NCBI GenBank assembly: GCA_030390025.1
Contig: CM059433.1
Location: forward strand, 14,634,001 to 14,698,000
Origin: Squalus acanthias
Lineage: Eukaryota
Length of the DNA: 64,000 bases
Reading direction: 5' to 3'
Shown here: piece by piece, positions 11,862 to 24,935 of the stretch
How positions within the stretch are numbered: the stretch's first letter is position 1
Layout: every line of letters starts with the position of its first letter
Position numbers and translations under genes: made by a program
The notes under the pieces: generated by a model
What the model saw: the letters and a program-made list of their open reading frames with translations, nothing else
Database searches by the model: none
Told to the model about the DNA's origin: nothing

Positions 11862-13065
11862 CTGCTGGGTGGTCCAGCTAAGTGGGACTTCACTTGCCTG
11901 GTTCCATTCTTATCTCTCTAATCGTAGGCAGGGAATCACCTGCAATGGCTTCTCTTCCTGCTCCCGCATCGTTATCTCTGGTGCTCCCAAGGATCTACCC
12001 TTGGCCCCCTCCTATTTCTCATCTACACGCTGCACCTTGGCAACATCATCCGAAAGCACAGCGTCAGTTTGCACGTGTCCGCTGACAACACCCAGCTCTA
12101 CCTCACCACCACTCCTCTTGACCCCTCCACGATCTCTAAATTGTCAGACTGCTTGTCCGACATCCAGTTATGGATGAGCAGAAATTTTCTCCAATTAACT
12201 ATTGGGAAGACTGAAGCCATTGTCTTTGGTCCCCGCCACAAACTCCATTCTCGAGCCACAGACTCCATCCCTCTCCCGAGCATCTGTCTGAGGCTGATCC
12301 ACACTGTTCGCAACCTTGGCATCATATTTGACCCTGAAATGAGCTTCTGACCACATATCCACGCCATAATGAAGACCACCTATTTCCACCTCCGTAACAT
12401 CGCCCGTCTCCACCCTTGCCTCAGCTCCTCTGCTGCTGAAACCCTCACCCATGCCTTGTTACCTCTAGGCTTGACTATTCCAACGTACTCCTGGCTGGCC
12501 TCCCACGTTCTACCCTACGTAAATTTGAGGTCATCCAAAATTCAGCTGACCTTGTCCTAACTCGCGTTCACCCAGCACCCCGGTGCTCACTGGCCTACAT
12601 TGGCTCCCGGTTAAGCAACGCCACGATTTCAAAATTCTCATCCTTGTTTTTAAATCCCTCCATGGCTTCGCCCCTCCCTATCTCTGTAACCTCCTCCAGC
12701 CCTACAACCCCCCCCGCCCACCCCCCTCCAAACACCTGAGATATCTGCGCTCCTCTAATTCTGCACTCTTGAGCATCCCTGATTATAATTGCTCAACCAT
12801 TGGTGGCCGTGCCTTCTGTTGCCTAGGTCCCAAGCTTTGGAATTCCCTGCCTAAACCTCTCCGCCTCTCTACCTCTCTTTCCTCCTTTAAGACGCTCCTT
12901 AAAACCTACCTCTTTGACCAAGCTTTTGGTCACCTGCCCTAATTTATCCTTATGTGGATTGGTGTCAAATTTTTTGTCAAACAATACTCCTGTGAATCAC
13001 TTTGGGATGTTTTACTACGTTAAAGGTGCTATATAAATACAAGTTGCTGTTGTTGTTGATGTTGT
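11862..13065 (+). mobile_element. L2 LINE nested inside an L2
   Basis: SADNTQLY, LHWLPV...KILILVFKSLHG.APPYL and FKTLLKTYLF motifs, its own (GTT)n tail, tattc on both flanks. Confidence 0.9.
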
Positions 13066-13699
13066 TATTCCAATGTACTCCTGGCCAGCCTGCCATCTTC
13101 CACCCTCTGTAAACTTGCCATCCAAAACTTGGCTGTCCGTGTCCTAACTCGTACCAAGTCCCGTTCACCCATCACCCCTGTGCTTGCTGACCTACATTAG
13201 CTCTCAGTTAATCAATGCCTCGATTTTAAAATTCTCAGCCTTGTTTTCAATCCCTCCATGACCTCGCCCCTCCCTATCTCTGTAACCTCTTTCAGCCCTA
13301 CAACCCTCCAAGATCTCTGCGCTCCTCCAATTCTGGCATCTTTCTCATCCTCAATTTTAATCGTGCCACCATTGGTGGCTGTGCCTTCAGCTGCCAAAGT
13401 CCTAATCTCTGGAATTCCCTCCCTAAACCTCTTCACCTCTCTACCTCTCTTTCATCCTTTAAGACGCTCCTTAAAACCTACCTCTTTGACCATCTGGCCT
13501 AATATTTCCTTATGTGGCTCGGTGTCAAATTTTGTTTTATAACGCTCCTGTGAAGCACCTTGGGACATTTTACGACATTAAAGGTGCTGTATAAATACAG
13601 GTTGTTGTTGTTGTAAATGTGTGAAGGGCTAATATTGAAGAGGGGTCGAGGCAAAATGCGCTACACAGAACTAGTTAAAGACTGCAATGTACCAGGACA

Positions 13700-13940
13700 T
13701 TGGAGCCTTTACACAAGGCCATAGGATCCTAGATTTAGCCACCTGGCTGTTTCACCATTAAAAGAGCAGAAAGCCAGAGGAGAGGCGAGGGTAGCTTCCC
13801 TTAACATCAGGGCAGCATTTGATCAAGTATGGCATGAAGGAGCCCCAGCAAATCTGTGGTCAATAGGGGTTAAGGAGAAAACTCTGCAGTGGCTAGAGTC
13901 GTACCTGTTGCATGGAAAGATAGTCATGGTTGTCAGAGCA
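13700..13940 (+). mobile_element. Old RT fragment of the second CR1-group LINE family (as 48015-50930)
   Basis: Degenerate RGE.RV..L.I.AAFD.VWH.G and LQWLESYL motifs. Confidence 0.6.
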
Positions 13941-14140
13941 GCAGCTTGGAGATGCCGTCTGTGTACGGAGAGAAACAGCAGCAACTTCACAAAATGTCAG
14001 CAAGGGAACAGTCTGGATGAAGGTCAGTCAATCTCAGCGATGGTGAGAGGGAGGTTAGTTCTGCTGGAGATGAAGGCGAGGAGGACTGGCATGTTTGGAT
14101 CTCAAGGAAAAAGGCCATCAAAGGCGGGGAGCCCAGTGGT

Positions 14141-15118
14141 CATCCACATTAATGACTTGGATGAAGGGACCGAGTGTAATGTAGCCAAGTTTGCAGATGA
14201 TACAAAGATGGGTGGGAAAGCAAGTTGTGCAGAGGACTCAAAGAATCTGCAAAGGGATATAGACAGGCTAAGTGAGTGGGCAAACATTTGGCAGATGGAG
14301 TATAATGTGGGAAAGTGCGAGGTTATCCACTTTGGCAGGAAAAATAAAAAAGCAAATTATTATTTAAATGGAGAGAGATTACAAAATGCTACAGTTCAGA
14401 GGGACCTGGGGGTCCTTGTGCATGAAACACAAAAAGTTAGCATGCAGGTACAGCAAGTAATCAAAAAGGCAAATGGAATGTTGGCCTTTATTGCAAGGGG
14501 GTTGGAGTATAAAAGCAGGGAAGTCCTGCTACAACTGGACAGGGTATTGGTGAGACCACACCTTGAGTACTGCGTACAAATTTGGTCTCCTTATTTAAGG
14601 AAGGATATACTTGCATTGGAGGCAGTACAGAGATGATTCTCGAGGTTAATTCCAAAGATCAGGGGGTTGACTTATGATGGAAGGTTGAGCAGGTTGGGCC
14701 TATACTCATTGGAATTTAGAAGAATGAGAGGTGATCTTATTGAAACATACAAGATACTGAGGGGGCTCGACAAGGTAGATGCAGAGAGGATGTTTCCCCT
14801 CGTGGGTAAATCTAGAACTCGGGAGCATAGTTTCAGAATAAAGGGTCACCCTTTTAGAACTGAGATGAGGAGGAATTTCTTCTCTCAGAGGGTCGTAAAT
14901 CTGTGGAATTTTCTGCCCCAGAGAGCCGTGGAGGCTGGGTTATTGAATACATTTAAGGTGGAGATAGACAAATTGTTGCAAGATAAGGGAGTGAAGGGTT
15001 ATGGGGAGCATGCAGGGAAGTGGTTTTGAGCCCAAGATCAGCCATGATCTTATTGAATGGTGGAGCAGGCTCGAGGGGCCTAGTGGCCTAATCCTGCTCC
15101 TATTTCTTTTGTTCTTAT
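14141..15118 (+). mobile_element. CR1 LINE 3' portion
   Basis: INDLDEG..KFADDTK, RPHLEYCVQ.W, RRNFFSQRVVNLWN, CR1 3' UTR and tail ttctttgttcttatg. Confidence 0.95.
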
Positions 15119-15269
15119 GGTGGGAGGTGGCCCTGCCCATCAGCCAGCAGTACCACCTCAACAATCCCAGCAGGCAGAGCAGTGCAGAATTTTGATAACC
15201 TAATCAGGATGGGCAAGATAAGAGTAGCCCACATCTCTCAAGAATTCCCAGTACGATCTTATGTGTTGC

Positions 15270-15650
15270 CAATTCAGCCCGTTGCCCGGAGGAACTCCTG
15301 TAGCGATGTCCTTGGGCTGCCATGATTGGCCTCTGACAACCACAACCATCTTTCCATGCACCAAGTATGATCTAGCCACTGAAGAGTTTCACTTTGACCC
15401 CCATTGATCTCAGTTTTGCGCGAGCTCCTTAAGGCCATACTCAATCAAATGCTGCCTTGATATCAAGGGAAGCTACTCTCACCTCTCCTCTGGCATTCTG
15501 ATCTTGTGTCTGTCTGGATTAAGGCTGTGATGAAGTCTGAGAACAAGTGGCCCTGGCAGAACACAAAGTAAGCAGCAATGAGCAGGTTATTGGTCAGTAT
15601 TTAGTGTCAGTATTGATGATGCCTTTCGTCACTGCTGTACTTGTGGAATA
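15270..15650 (-). mobile_element. Old RT fragment of the second CR1-group LINE family
   Basis: Similar to 49310-49680 (ggaactcctg.agcgatgtcc, tcaaatgctgccttgat.tcaaggg). Confidence 0.75.
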
Positions 15651-15689
15651 GACTCTCCGAAGCAGCTTGAAAGGAGTCAGAAGCTTAAA

Positions 15690-15900
15690 AAAAAAATCAG
15701 TGCTGTGATGACTTTGCATCCCTGCCACTGATGCACTGCTTCTCAGTGGAGGTCAGGGAGATTCTGTAAGATCAATATCAACAAGCCGACAGGTAGCTCT
15801 GGGTGGTCTGCAGGTGCCTCCTATGTAGCCTGCCCATCATGCCTTCCTCGTACAACAAACTCATCCTCCTCTTCCTGTAAAAAGCAAAATACAGTGACAC
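15690..15900 (-). pseudogene. Highly degenerate Harbinger transposase N-terminal remnant
   Basis: Minus strand reads ..TEKQC.. then KVITAL, resembling SEQQC...KVTTAL at 62920-63060. Confidence 0.35.
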
Positions 15901-16522
15901 CCTAAAAAGAGAATGATGTGGCACCCAGGATGCAGTGAGAAAGGCCTCCTTAACTGTGAAGTTGGGCAGCTTCAAAACTTTCCAGCAGTCCAAAAGTTGA
16001 AGTGAAAAGCTTCCAGAGCAAATTGGTGCAGCTTTTTTTTTCCTGCAAGTTGGGCTTCTTCTGCACCCTCTGTTCTCCTGAGATGGCCTCTTATCCTGGT
16101 CCTGCTGAACTAAGAGACAAAAATTGCCACTGCATCAATCCTTTTGAGCCCAAAAACTCCTTTGTACAATTCACTTCTGTCAGTGCTGTGTTGATACTTT
16201 GACATATTGTCCTTTTTTAAAAAAAAAACAGCACTAACTTCAGGTCTGAGAAGGAATTCAGATCTCACTTTTCACTAAACTTCTGCATGCACAGCATGCA
16301 TGTTCAGTGTGATTGATAAGCTCTAAGCTCAGAGTGAAACACTTCAGCAGGGACATGCTGTGCTGATGGTGCAGCAGCCGGGGTTTCAAAATAGCACGAG
16401 ATGCTTCATTGATAATGTCAATATTTATCTGATGGTGTACTCAACTCCCACGCAGATGGCATAAATACACATATATTTGTGAATAATAATACAGAACAGG
16501 TAATAGTTGGCATTTCACTTAC

Positions 16523-16547
16523 ATCTTGTACTTTTTTGGTTTATAAC
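16523..16547 (-). CDS. Candidate 25-nt microexon of an unidentified host gene
   Basis: atatttacatag|GTTATAAACCAAAAAAGTACAAGAT|gtaagt in non-repeat DNA. Open as xYKPKKYK or VINQKSTR. Confidence 0.3.
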
Positions 16548-17419
16548 CTATGTAAATATACCATGAATCAGATATACACTGTGCATTGACTCGCCATTTC
16601 ATTTTCCCTCGGTGTCGGAAAGCACGCTGCCTGAGCCTAATGCTGTAATGAATAAAGGAAAAGGGGAAGCATCTCATTTAAAACACCTCAGATGCATTAT
16701 GCATACAGTTCATTGCCATCACGTCCCTCAGTGGATCTCCAGAATGTCAGCTACACTGGCGAGTAGGAAAAACAACGTCCCTCAGTATGGCAGAGATCAT
16801 TAATGATTCAACATGTAACTACAAAGTGTCCAAGCAGACCAGCAGCATCCAAACAATGGCCTATTTCCCCATTAACTGACGAAGCGTGGACATGCAACTG
16901 CAATGAGATTTCCAGGAACTGTGAGCACAATCCCCAGTCGACCACCAAAGACTTAACAGCTACCCTGCCAATCCCATTTGAAAACAAACCAAACAAATTT
17001 ACCTAACATTTTAAAATGGCTCACCTCTGTTGCAACGGCAACTACCAAGCACAATTTTTTTGCCAGAAATCTCACCTTGCAGAAGATATTTTTAACAGAA
17101 TAAATCCACAGTGGTCCAAACATGACCTTTACAATGTTAACCTGAATCACCCCCACTGGGACCATTTCAGATTCTGGCTTTTTCTTTGTATTTATCTACT
17201 AACATTAACTTTAAAAGTTACAAGCTTTGTTAACAAGTCTACTAAATAGAGCGCAAGTTCAGAAATGAGAAAATTATTTGACAAAAAAAAAAATCAATAT
17301 TCATTATGCCTGAACTGTGATGCTACAAACCTTGGTTGTATCGCCACTCATTCCGAAATCCCACTAATAACGTAGTTACTCATCCTTCTCTAGATCACAA
17401 TACTAATCTATTACTTCTA

Positions 17420-17986
17420 TAACTCACCTCCTGACTGCCTAAAGTCTTTCCACCATCTACAAGGCACAAGTCAGGAGTGTGATGGAATACTCTCCACTTG
17501 CCTGGATGAATGCAGCTCCAACAACACTCAAGAAGCTCGACACCATCCAGGACAAAGCAGCCCGCTTGATTAGCACCCCATCCACCACCTTAAACATTCA
17601 CTCCCTCCACCACCGGCGTACCATGGCTGCAGTGTGTACCATCTACAATTTGCACTGCAGCATCTCGCCAAGGTTTTTTCACAGCACCTCCCAAACCCAC
17701 GACCTCCACCACCTAGAAGGACAAGGACAGCAGGCGCATGGGAACACATCCAAGGTCCCCTCCAAGTCACACGCCATCCTGACTTGGAAATATATTGCCA
17801 TTCCTTCACCGTCGCTGGGTCAAAATCCTGGAACTCCCTCCCTAACAGCGCTCTGGTAGTACCTTCACCACACAGACTGCAGCGGTTCAAGAAGGCGGCT
17901 CACCAGTAACTTCTAGGACAATTAGGGATGGGCAATAAATGCTGGCCTTGCCAGTGACGCCCACATCCAGTGACCGAATAAAAAAA
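17420..17986 (+). mobile_element. 3' end of the second CR1-group LINE family
   Basis: MEYSPLAWMNAAPTTLKKLDTIQDKAARLI; tail agggatgggcaataaatgctggcc...gaataaaaaaa. Confidence 0.9.
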
Positions 17987-18278
17987 GTAAAATAATAGCA
18001 CCGTGAAGCATCACATCCCTCTCCTCTCATTGCAGGATAGGCATTTCTCCCTTTGTGTGTATTCCCACACTGGTTCTTCTTTTCTTAAAACATCATACAG
18101 ACAACTGAAATACCTCAGCAAATCTATCATTTAGTATGACACTTCTTTCAGAATCTGTGACATGTTGACTTCTGTGTCCCTCAATTCAAAGCACTCACTC
18201 TGTCCTGTCAAATTTACTTATCTATGCATAATCTGTGAATGGTTCTACAACATTAACAATGGCGAGCGCAGATATGAA

Positions 18279-19100
18279 GGGCGTGATCTTGCCAGCCCTG
18301 GGGAGGCGGGTATGGAGGTGGGACTGCCGGGAAAATGGCAGAATCTGGGAGCGGGTGCCCATCCCACCCCCAACCTGTCTCCGTGCCATCTTGCCAGGAG
18401 TCGGGTAGCTGACCCGCGCCGGGTCCCGTCTCCTTGGAGGCGGGAAGGGGATTAGTGCCACTTATCTGCCTGTTAACAGGCAGATAAGAGGATTATCCCC
18501 ATTTTACCCACACAAGTGCAGGCTTCCCGAAGGCTCCGAACCCCACCAGGGCCACCGAGGCGAACAGTGGGTCTGCAGGGGTCGGGGGGCGGGGGGGGGG
18601 GGGGTGCAAAAGTGCGCTGTGAAGGTGAGTGATGGGTGCAAGTGTGGAGAGGTGAGTATGTGAGGTAAGTGGAAAGCGTTAGAAAAAGTTTACTTACCTT
18701 TGTTTCTTCCTGCAGGCTTCAAGAGTTGGGGATGCGGAGAGTCTCGCATCTCCGCGGCAGAGATGACAGATGGCTGCTGCATTCTCCAATGCAGCAACCA
18801 TCTAATTTCTGCTAAAGAAAGAGGTTTGATGAGTCTTGAATTCAAGAACTCATCAAACTACAGAAATGTCAGTGTTTGACAGCTTCACGGAGCTGTCAAA
18901 CGATGACAATTCATCTGTCAAAAATTTTTGACAGATGAAACGTCAGAAGCTGACATTCTCTGTAACCGGCTTTCCCTTAATTGGCCTGCTAATCCCGCTG
19001 GGCGGGCTTAACAAGATCAATCAATGGAAAATAGCGTGGGTTGGCCAGAAGTCGATGGAGGCGGGACTGAAACCCGACAACTGGGAGTCCCGCCTTCAAA
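18279..19100. mobile_element. MITE related to 10763-11599 (opposite orientation, one end eroded)
   Basis: Collinear reverse-complement similarity along its length, starts GGGCGTGATCTT, shares the hairpin cassette. Confidence 0.8.
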
Positions 19101-19629
19101 AGCTCCCCATTTGTCCTGTTGGTTGAAGTGAGCTTTGTTTATTGTTTCAACAATTTTATCAACTGAAGATATCCCAGGTGATCTTGCGCTGCCCGTTGTT
19201 ACGTTTGGTAGTCACTAGAAACATAGAAACGATCAAAGCATTTAAGAAGTATTAATTCCTCTCCACTGATTATGCGATTCTTTCATATTGCTTTCCATAC
19301 TGTGAGTACACTTTGCAAATGGTGACATCTTTTTCCATACAAGGCATCAGATGAAAGCACCACAATCAATAATGTGCTCTTGTACAGTATGTGCAGCCAT
19401 ACTTCCAGTCACCATCATTTCCACTGTAAGATATAGTTTATTTTCTAATGGGTTTATTCTGGCCCACTTTTGAAATGCACCATTACTGCAAGCTTCTGAA
19501 TAACTGAGGTTTGTTTTGTTTGCAGAGAAATACAAAATAATAAGACTCAAAACAAAAGACAAAGCTGCGTATTATTTGCATTTATGGAGCCCAAAACCCG
19601 CAGGGCCATTTGTGCTGCAGTTGTGCTAC

Positions 19630-20345
19630 TTTCGTATGGCGGGAAAAGCTTATCATGAGATATCTAGTTTGGCTATCCATTCGATGGCCTTCTGAGATGC
19701 CGAGTGGAGAAATGAGGTGCCTCCCGCAACAGATCTTAATGGGCCGGTTGATGCGATGTGTTCCATGGTCTGGGACTCATGGCCACAGTCGCACTTCGGG
19801 TCGTCCCTCATCTTCCACTGGTGGAGCAGGTGGGCGCATCGTCCATGTCCTGTGCAGATTGGGTTGAGCGCTGCCCACTGTCTTCGAGGGAAGTCGAAGC
19901 CAGGGACCTCTGCTGTTGGGTCAGTGATGAGGTGTTGGTTCTTTATGTTGCATGTCCCCTGATTCATCCATCTGGATAGTGGGTTGATACCAGCTGCATG
20001 AATTTTGGCTGCTGTTTCCCAGAATGGGCGGCGCGATTTGAAACACTTTCATGAGAGCCGATGACAACCTGCACGTGATCTCCCTGTGTGTGTGCTGGTT
20101 CACCCAAAACTTGCCAGCTAATGTCATCAAGACGACACCCGAAAGCGGCCTCCCAGTCTGAAAAGCATGAAAGCAGTTATGCTGGTTGGGCAGGACACCT
20201 ACCCGCTGGTCAACTGTGTTATGAACTCGACAGGGATCCTGTGTAACATCGGAGTAAATCACTGGAGAGGGAGGAAATTTGTCACTGCAGGGTTTAAGGA
20301 CATGCAGCTACTGAAGATGGTAGCGGCTTCCTGCAGACACAGTAT
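19630..20345 (-). mobile_element. Vingi/Ingi-like non-LTR retrotransposon 3' fragment
   Basis: ORF 19653-19967 reads PGFDFPRRQWAALN.I.TGHGRC...W...DDPKCDCG..QTMEHI, a C-terminal CCHC-type region typical of this group. Confidence 0.7.
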
Positions 20346-20459
20346 GTTCTCCTCAAGGTATTGACAAGAAAGTTCAACTGCAGTGATTTCTTTCCAGAAA
20401 TGTCATCAGGGCTTCCACATCACGCACTGGTGGATCGCAAGGAAGGGCTCTGGCTAGTG

Positions 20460-20700
20460 ATGGAAGGAAATTGGCAGTCCAAGGATTTCTCAGATACCAA
20501 TTTACAAATCCGCCTGGAGGAGATCCTCCAGAGGAAAGAATGTCTTCTGGACTCGTAGGCAAGGACGTCTTGAAAGCAGTCTCCAGGGCCACGTGAAGGG
20601 AGATGTCAGCAGTGTTGAGTGCCAGCTCGGTCATCCCCAGGACAGCAGACCAATGTTGGTTGAAGCTTAACGACCGGATGACGACAGCCAAAAGAAGTTA
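20460..20700 (+). pseudogene. Degenerate Harbinger Myb/SANT exon 1
   Basis: MEG...FSDTNLQI.LEEI..R...L and ...SVIPRTADQC..KLND motifs, with stops. Confidence 0.6.
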
Positions 20701-20856
20701 AAAACAACCTTCCTTTTTTCACTTTGCCACCACGGGAGCCCCTCCACTGATCACAATTACGTCTTGACAAGACTTCATTCACAGTGCACCAGGGCTCTCT
20801 AACTCTTCCATTTGTTTAAAATGGGTTAAAATAGTGGACAGAGGAATGTCATACAA

Positions 20857-21985
20857 ATCATAGAATCATAGAATAGTACAGCACAGAAGGAGGCCATCGA
20901 GTCAGCGCAGGCTCTTTCGAAGAGCATCCAGTTAGTCTCACTCCCCCGTTCTTTCCCCATATCCCTGCAATTTATTTTCCTTCAAGTATTTATCCAATTC
21001 CCTTTTGGAGGCTACTATTGAATCTGCATCAGGCAGTGCATTCCAAATCCTAACCACTTGTTGCATAAAAAAGTTTTCCTCGTGTCGCCTCTGGTTCTTT
21101 TGCCACTCAGTTTAAATCTGTGCCCTCTGGTTATCGACCCTTCAGCCATTGGAAACAGTTCCTCTTTATTTACTCTATCTAAACTATTCATGATTTTAAA
21201 CACCTCTATCAAATCTCCTCTTAGCCTTCTCTGCTCTAAGGAGAACAACCCAGCTTCTCTCGTCTATCCATTTAAGATAACGTCGTCATCTCTGGAACCA
21301 TTCTAGTAAATCTCTCCAAAGCCTTCATGTCCTTCCTAAAGTGTGGTGCCCAGAATTGGACACAATACTCCAGCTGAGGCTGAACTAGTGTTTATTAAGG
21401 TTTAGCATAACATCCTGGCTTTTGTACTCTATCCCTCTATTTATAAAGTCCAAGATCCCATATGCTTTATTAACTACTTTGTTAACCTGTCCTGCCACCT
21501 TCAAAGATTTGTGCACAAGCACCCCCAGTTCTCTCTGTTCTTGCACCCCCTTTAAAATTATACCATTTAGTATCTATGGTCTCTTTTCAACCTCCCGACT
21601 AAAATGGATCAGCTCACACTTCTCTGCATTGAATTTCATCTGCCATTTGTCCGCCCATTCCACCAGCCTGTCTATGTCCTCTTGAAATCTATTACTATCT
21701 TCCTCACTGTTTACTGTGTTTCCAAGTTTTGTGTCATCTGCAAATTTTGAAATTGCGCCGTGTACCAGCCCCCCACCCCGATCCCCCTCCCCCAAGTCCA
21801 AGTCATTAATGTATATCAAAAACAGCAGTGATCCTAGTACTGAACCCTGGGGAATGCCACTGTATAACTCCCTCCACTCCAAAAAACAACCATTCACCAT
21901 AACTCTCTGTTCTCTATCCCTTAGCCAATTTTGTATCCATGCAGCTACTGCCTCTTTTATCCCATAGGCTTCAATTTTGCTAACA
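20857..21985 (-). mobile_element. CR1 LINE 3' portion
   Basis: GIPQGSVLG, KFADDTK, RRLRGDLIEVFKI; tail (TATGATTC)n at ~20857-20875. Confidence 0.93.
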
Positions 21986-22019
21986 AAAAATTATGTCTTG
22001 AAACTTCTTCTGGTAAAAT

Positions 22020-23290
22020 CACTGACTGTTATTTCTAGGCTTAAATGGTATCAATAGATTACATAAATCCAGAGAAGTACTTGGAAAATAGACCAAAGAG
22101 GCATAAACTGAAAGTGGACAATTTAGAACTAATGTCAGGAGGAGCTTCTTCAAGCAAAGAGTGATCAACATCTGGAAATTTATATTAATGATCGAGACAA
22201 GGGAACCAGATGTAATATCTCCAAGTTTGCAGACAACACAAAACTGGGTGGGCGTGTGTGCTGCGAGGAGGATGCCGATAAACTCCAGGATGATTTGGAC
22301 AGGTTGGGTGATTGGGCAGAAGCGTGGCAGATGCAATATAACGTGGATGAATGCGAGGTTATCCACTTTGGTGTCAAAAACAGGAAGGCAGATTATTATC
22401 TGAATGGCAATAGATTGGGAGAAGGGGAAGTGCAACGAGACCTGGGTGTCCTTGTGCACCAGTCGCTGAAGGTAAGCATGCAGGTGCAGCAGGCGGTGAA
22501 GAAGGCAAATGGTATGTTGGCCTTCATAGCGAGAGGGTTTGAGTATAGGAAAAAGGATGTCTTGCTGCAGTTGTACAGGGCCTTGGTGAGACCACACCTT
22601 GAGTACTGTGTGCAGTTTTGGTCGCCTTATCTGAGGAAGGATGTTCTTGCCATGGAAGGAGTTCAGCGAAGATTCACAAGGCTGATACCTGGGATGGCAG
22701 GAATGACGTATGAAGAGAGATTGGGTCGATTGGGCTTGTACTCGCTGGAGTTTAGAAGAATGAGAGGGGATCTCATTGAAACTTATAAAATTCTGACAGG
22801 ACAGGACAAACTAGATGCAGGAAGGATGTTCCCGATGGTCGGGGAGACCAGAACCAGGGGTCACAGTCTAAGGATAAGGGGTAAGCCATTTAGGACAGAA
22901 ATGAGGAGGAATTTCTTCACCCAGAGAGTGGTGAACCTGTGGAATTCTCTGCCACAGAAGGCAGTAGAGGCCAATTCATTAAATAAATTCAGGAAGGAGT
23001 TGGATATATTTCTTAAAGCTAAAGGGATCAAGGGATATGGAGAGAAAGCAGGGACAGGGTACTGAATTTGGATGATCAGCCATGAACGCATTGAATGGCG
23101 GAGCAGGCTCGAGGGGCCGAATGGCCTACTCCTGCTCCTATCTTCTATGATTCTATGATTCTATAAGGTCTTTGGTCGGGCAGTGAAGGTGAAAACCTTA
23201 GATTTATTCAAGATTCAGTTTGATGACATAGATCAGTATGTTTTCCCCATGGATGACCTAAAATGGGCTCCCTAAATTGTATTTATCTTA
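22020..23290 (+). mobile_element. Old CR1 3' end split by the younger CR1 at 22178-23163
   Basis: FRTNVRRSFFKQRVINIW before the insert; AVKVKTL.LFKIQFD after it. Confidence 0.6.
22178..23163 (+). mobile_element. Young CR1 LINE 3' portion with a 269-aa open ORF2 C-terminus
   Basis: ORF 22256-23065; tail (TTCTATGA)n; highly similar to 51340-52285. Confidence 0.96.
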
Positions 23291-24539
23291 TGATCTTGTA
23301 GGAGATTAAATAAATTAGGTGGAACCTCTAATGAGGCAAATTGTGTACTGACTGAGGAGGGTGCAGTCCTGAAAGTTAGAGCCATTCTCATTCCAAACTA
23401 TCTGATGTTCTTACATACAGACCTGTAGTTTTTTTTTCAAAAACATAGCTGTACACAAGCTCAGTTTCATTTCTTCACTGAACACAAAGTAGAGGTCTTG
23501 CTCTTGAGGTTCTGTGTTAATTTTGATACTCAAGACTATTTCTTCATTAACATAGTTCCTGAAGCACTGCTGGGTCTTGATCTACAAGAGTCCATTGTTT
23601 GTCTCTGGCGTGTTTATCTTGCAAAGTATCGAGTACGACTTCCATACACTATGCAGATGGGCAAATGTCTTTGCAGGAACGGCTTGTACTGGCATTCGAA
23701 CATGCTATTTTGTCACAATAACATCATTTGATTAGCATAAAATATGAGGAGAGATTCCATACATTATTAATGGAGAGAAAATCGTGGGCTACAAGCCCGC
23801 GATTTCCATGAGAAGTGCTCCCTGTGAGCACAAACCGGATCATGGAATTACCCCTCTGGTGTTTTGTTAGCCATGTTTACCTTATTTCACAAATTGTGTT
23901 CTGTAATCTCAGCTGAATAGCAGAGAACTCATTAAGAAATCAATGTTATGCTCGGAGATGTTACATAATGACCTCACCCAAACAATCATACAGTAAGTCC
24001 CACAAAGGAAATTAAGCAACAAATGCTAGCATTGTACTAAATGTACCTTTGACATATCCATTCAGACTAAAGCATCACTCAAATCTCAATCACCAGACAG
24101 CCAACAAAGATCAGCCGCATTGTGGTAACAAGTACACGATACTACACAGACCATGACAGCCTCTCACCACAAGTTATCTTGGAGCCACAATAATTTCTCA
24201 GACAAAAGCCATGAGATTTCAACCAAAACACTCACTTTTGGAGCGTAATAACCATTGATACAATGTCATTACTATTCAATTACAGTTTCTCCTGATAATT
24301 AGTCATTTTTTGCACAAAAAAATGAATTGTCCACTAATTTGAATTAAGCAATGTTAAACAACATGGCAAACTGGAAATTCAATGTTAAAAAGTGAATTAT
24401 TAGATAATTTGAAATAAACTGTTTTGAATTAAGAGTAGTCAGTATGTAATAAAAGTGGAAAATAATTGACAAACATGATTGAAAAATCATGCATCCACTG
24501 ACGAGAGTGATATCTTCGGTGCCATTTAGCACACATATT

Positions 24540-24935
24540 TAGTGTCAGCTTGGCTACATTGGTTGCAATTTGCCTCCGATTCAAAAGCATGTGGGTCCAA
24601 GCCCTAATTTGAGCACTTAATCAAGACTGACATCTTGGTACGGTATTTCAGAAGAAACACTGCACCCAAATCCCTATCTGCCAATTCGGGTTATTCTATG
24701 GCACTATTTGAATAAAAGCAGCTAACTAAAAAACAGATTTGTGCATGTACATGGAGTTTCCACTGAAATTACGCCAAAGTTAATGTGGTGGAGCAAGAGA
24801 AGCCCCAAGGAAATTCTCGGCAACTAACTGGTCATTGCTGTTTAAAGGATCTTGTTACGTACAAAATGGTTACTATATTTTCACACATAACATCAGTTAT
24901 AACACTTCAAAATAATTCATTATAGATGACACGTT
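24540..24935 (+). mobile_element. Old DeuSINE
   Basis: Decayed tRNA head (gtcagcttggctac...gggtccaagccc) and tail (cacttcaaaataattcatt). Confidence 0.55.

Larger units (their letters stand above)
10230..13612 (+). mobile_element. L2-clade LINE, interrupted by a MITE (10763-11599) and a second L2 (11862-13065)
   Basis: FQS.F..HSTETALIKVTNDIL, then IVFGPRHKL...SRLDYS, resuming at ~13066. The 3' tail is ataaatacaggttgttgttgtt. Confidence 0.9.

Noticed and set aside
16953..17165. ORF containing RFLAKK (RPL39-like)
   Set aside because: Six-residue coincidence; the rest does not match.
22019..22597. 192-aa minus-strand ORF and similar antisense ORFs over LINEs
   Set aside because: Antisense shadows of CR1 ORF2 recurring in each copy, with no independent coding evidence.
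24236..24291. Minus-strand exon candidate with a gtgagt donor
   Set aside because: Stops in all three frames from the best acceptor, and a weak polypyrimidine tract.
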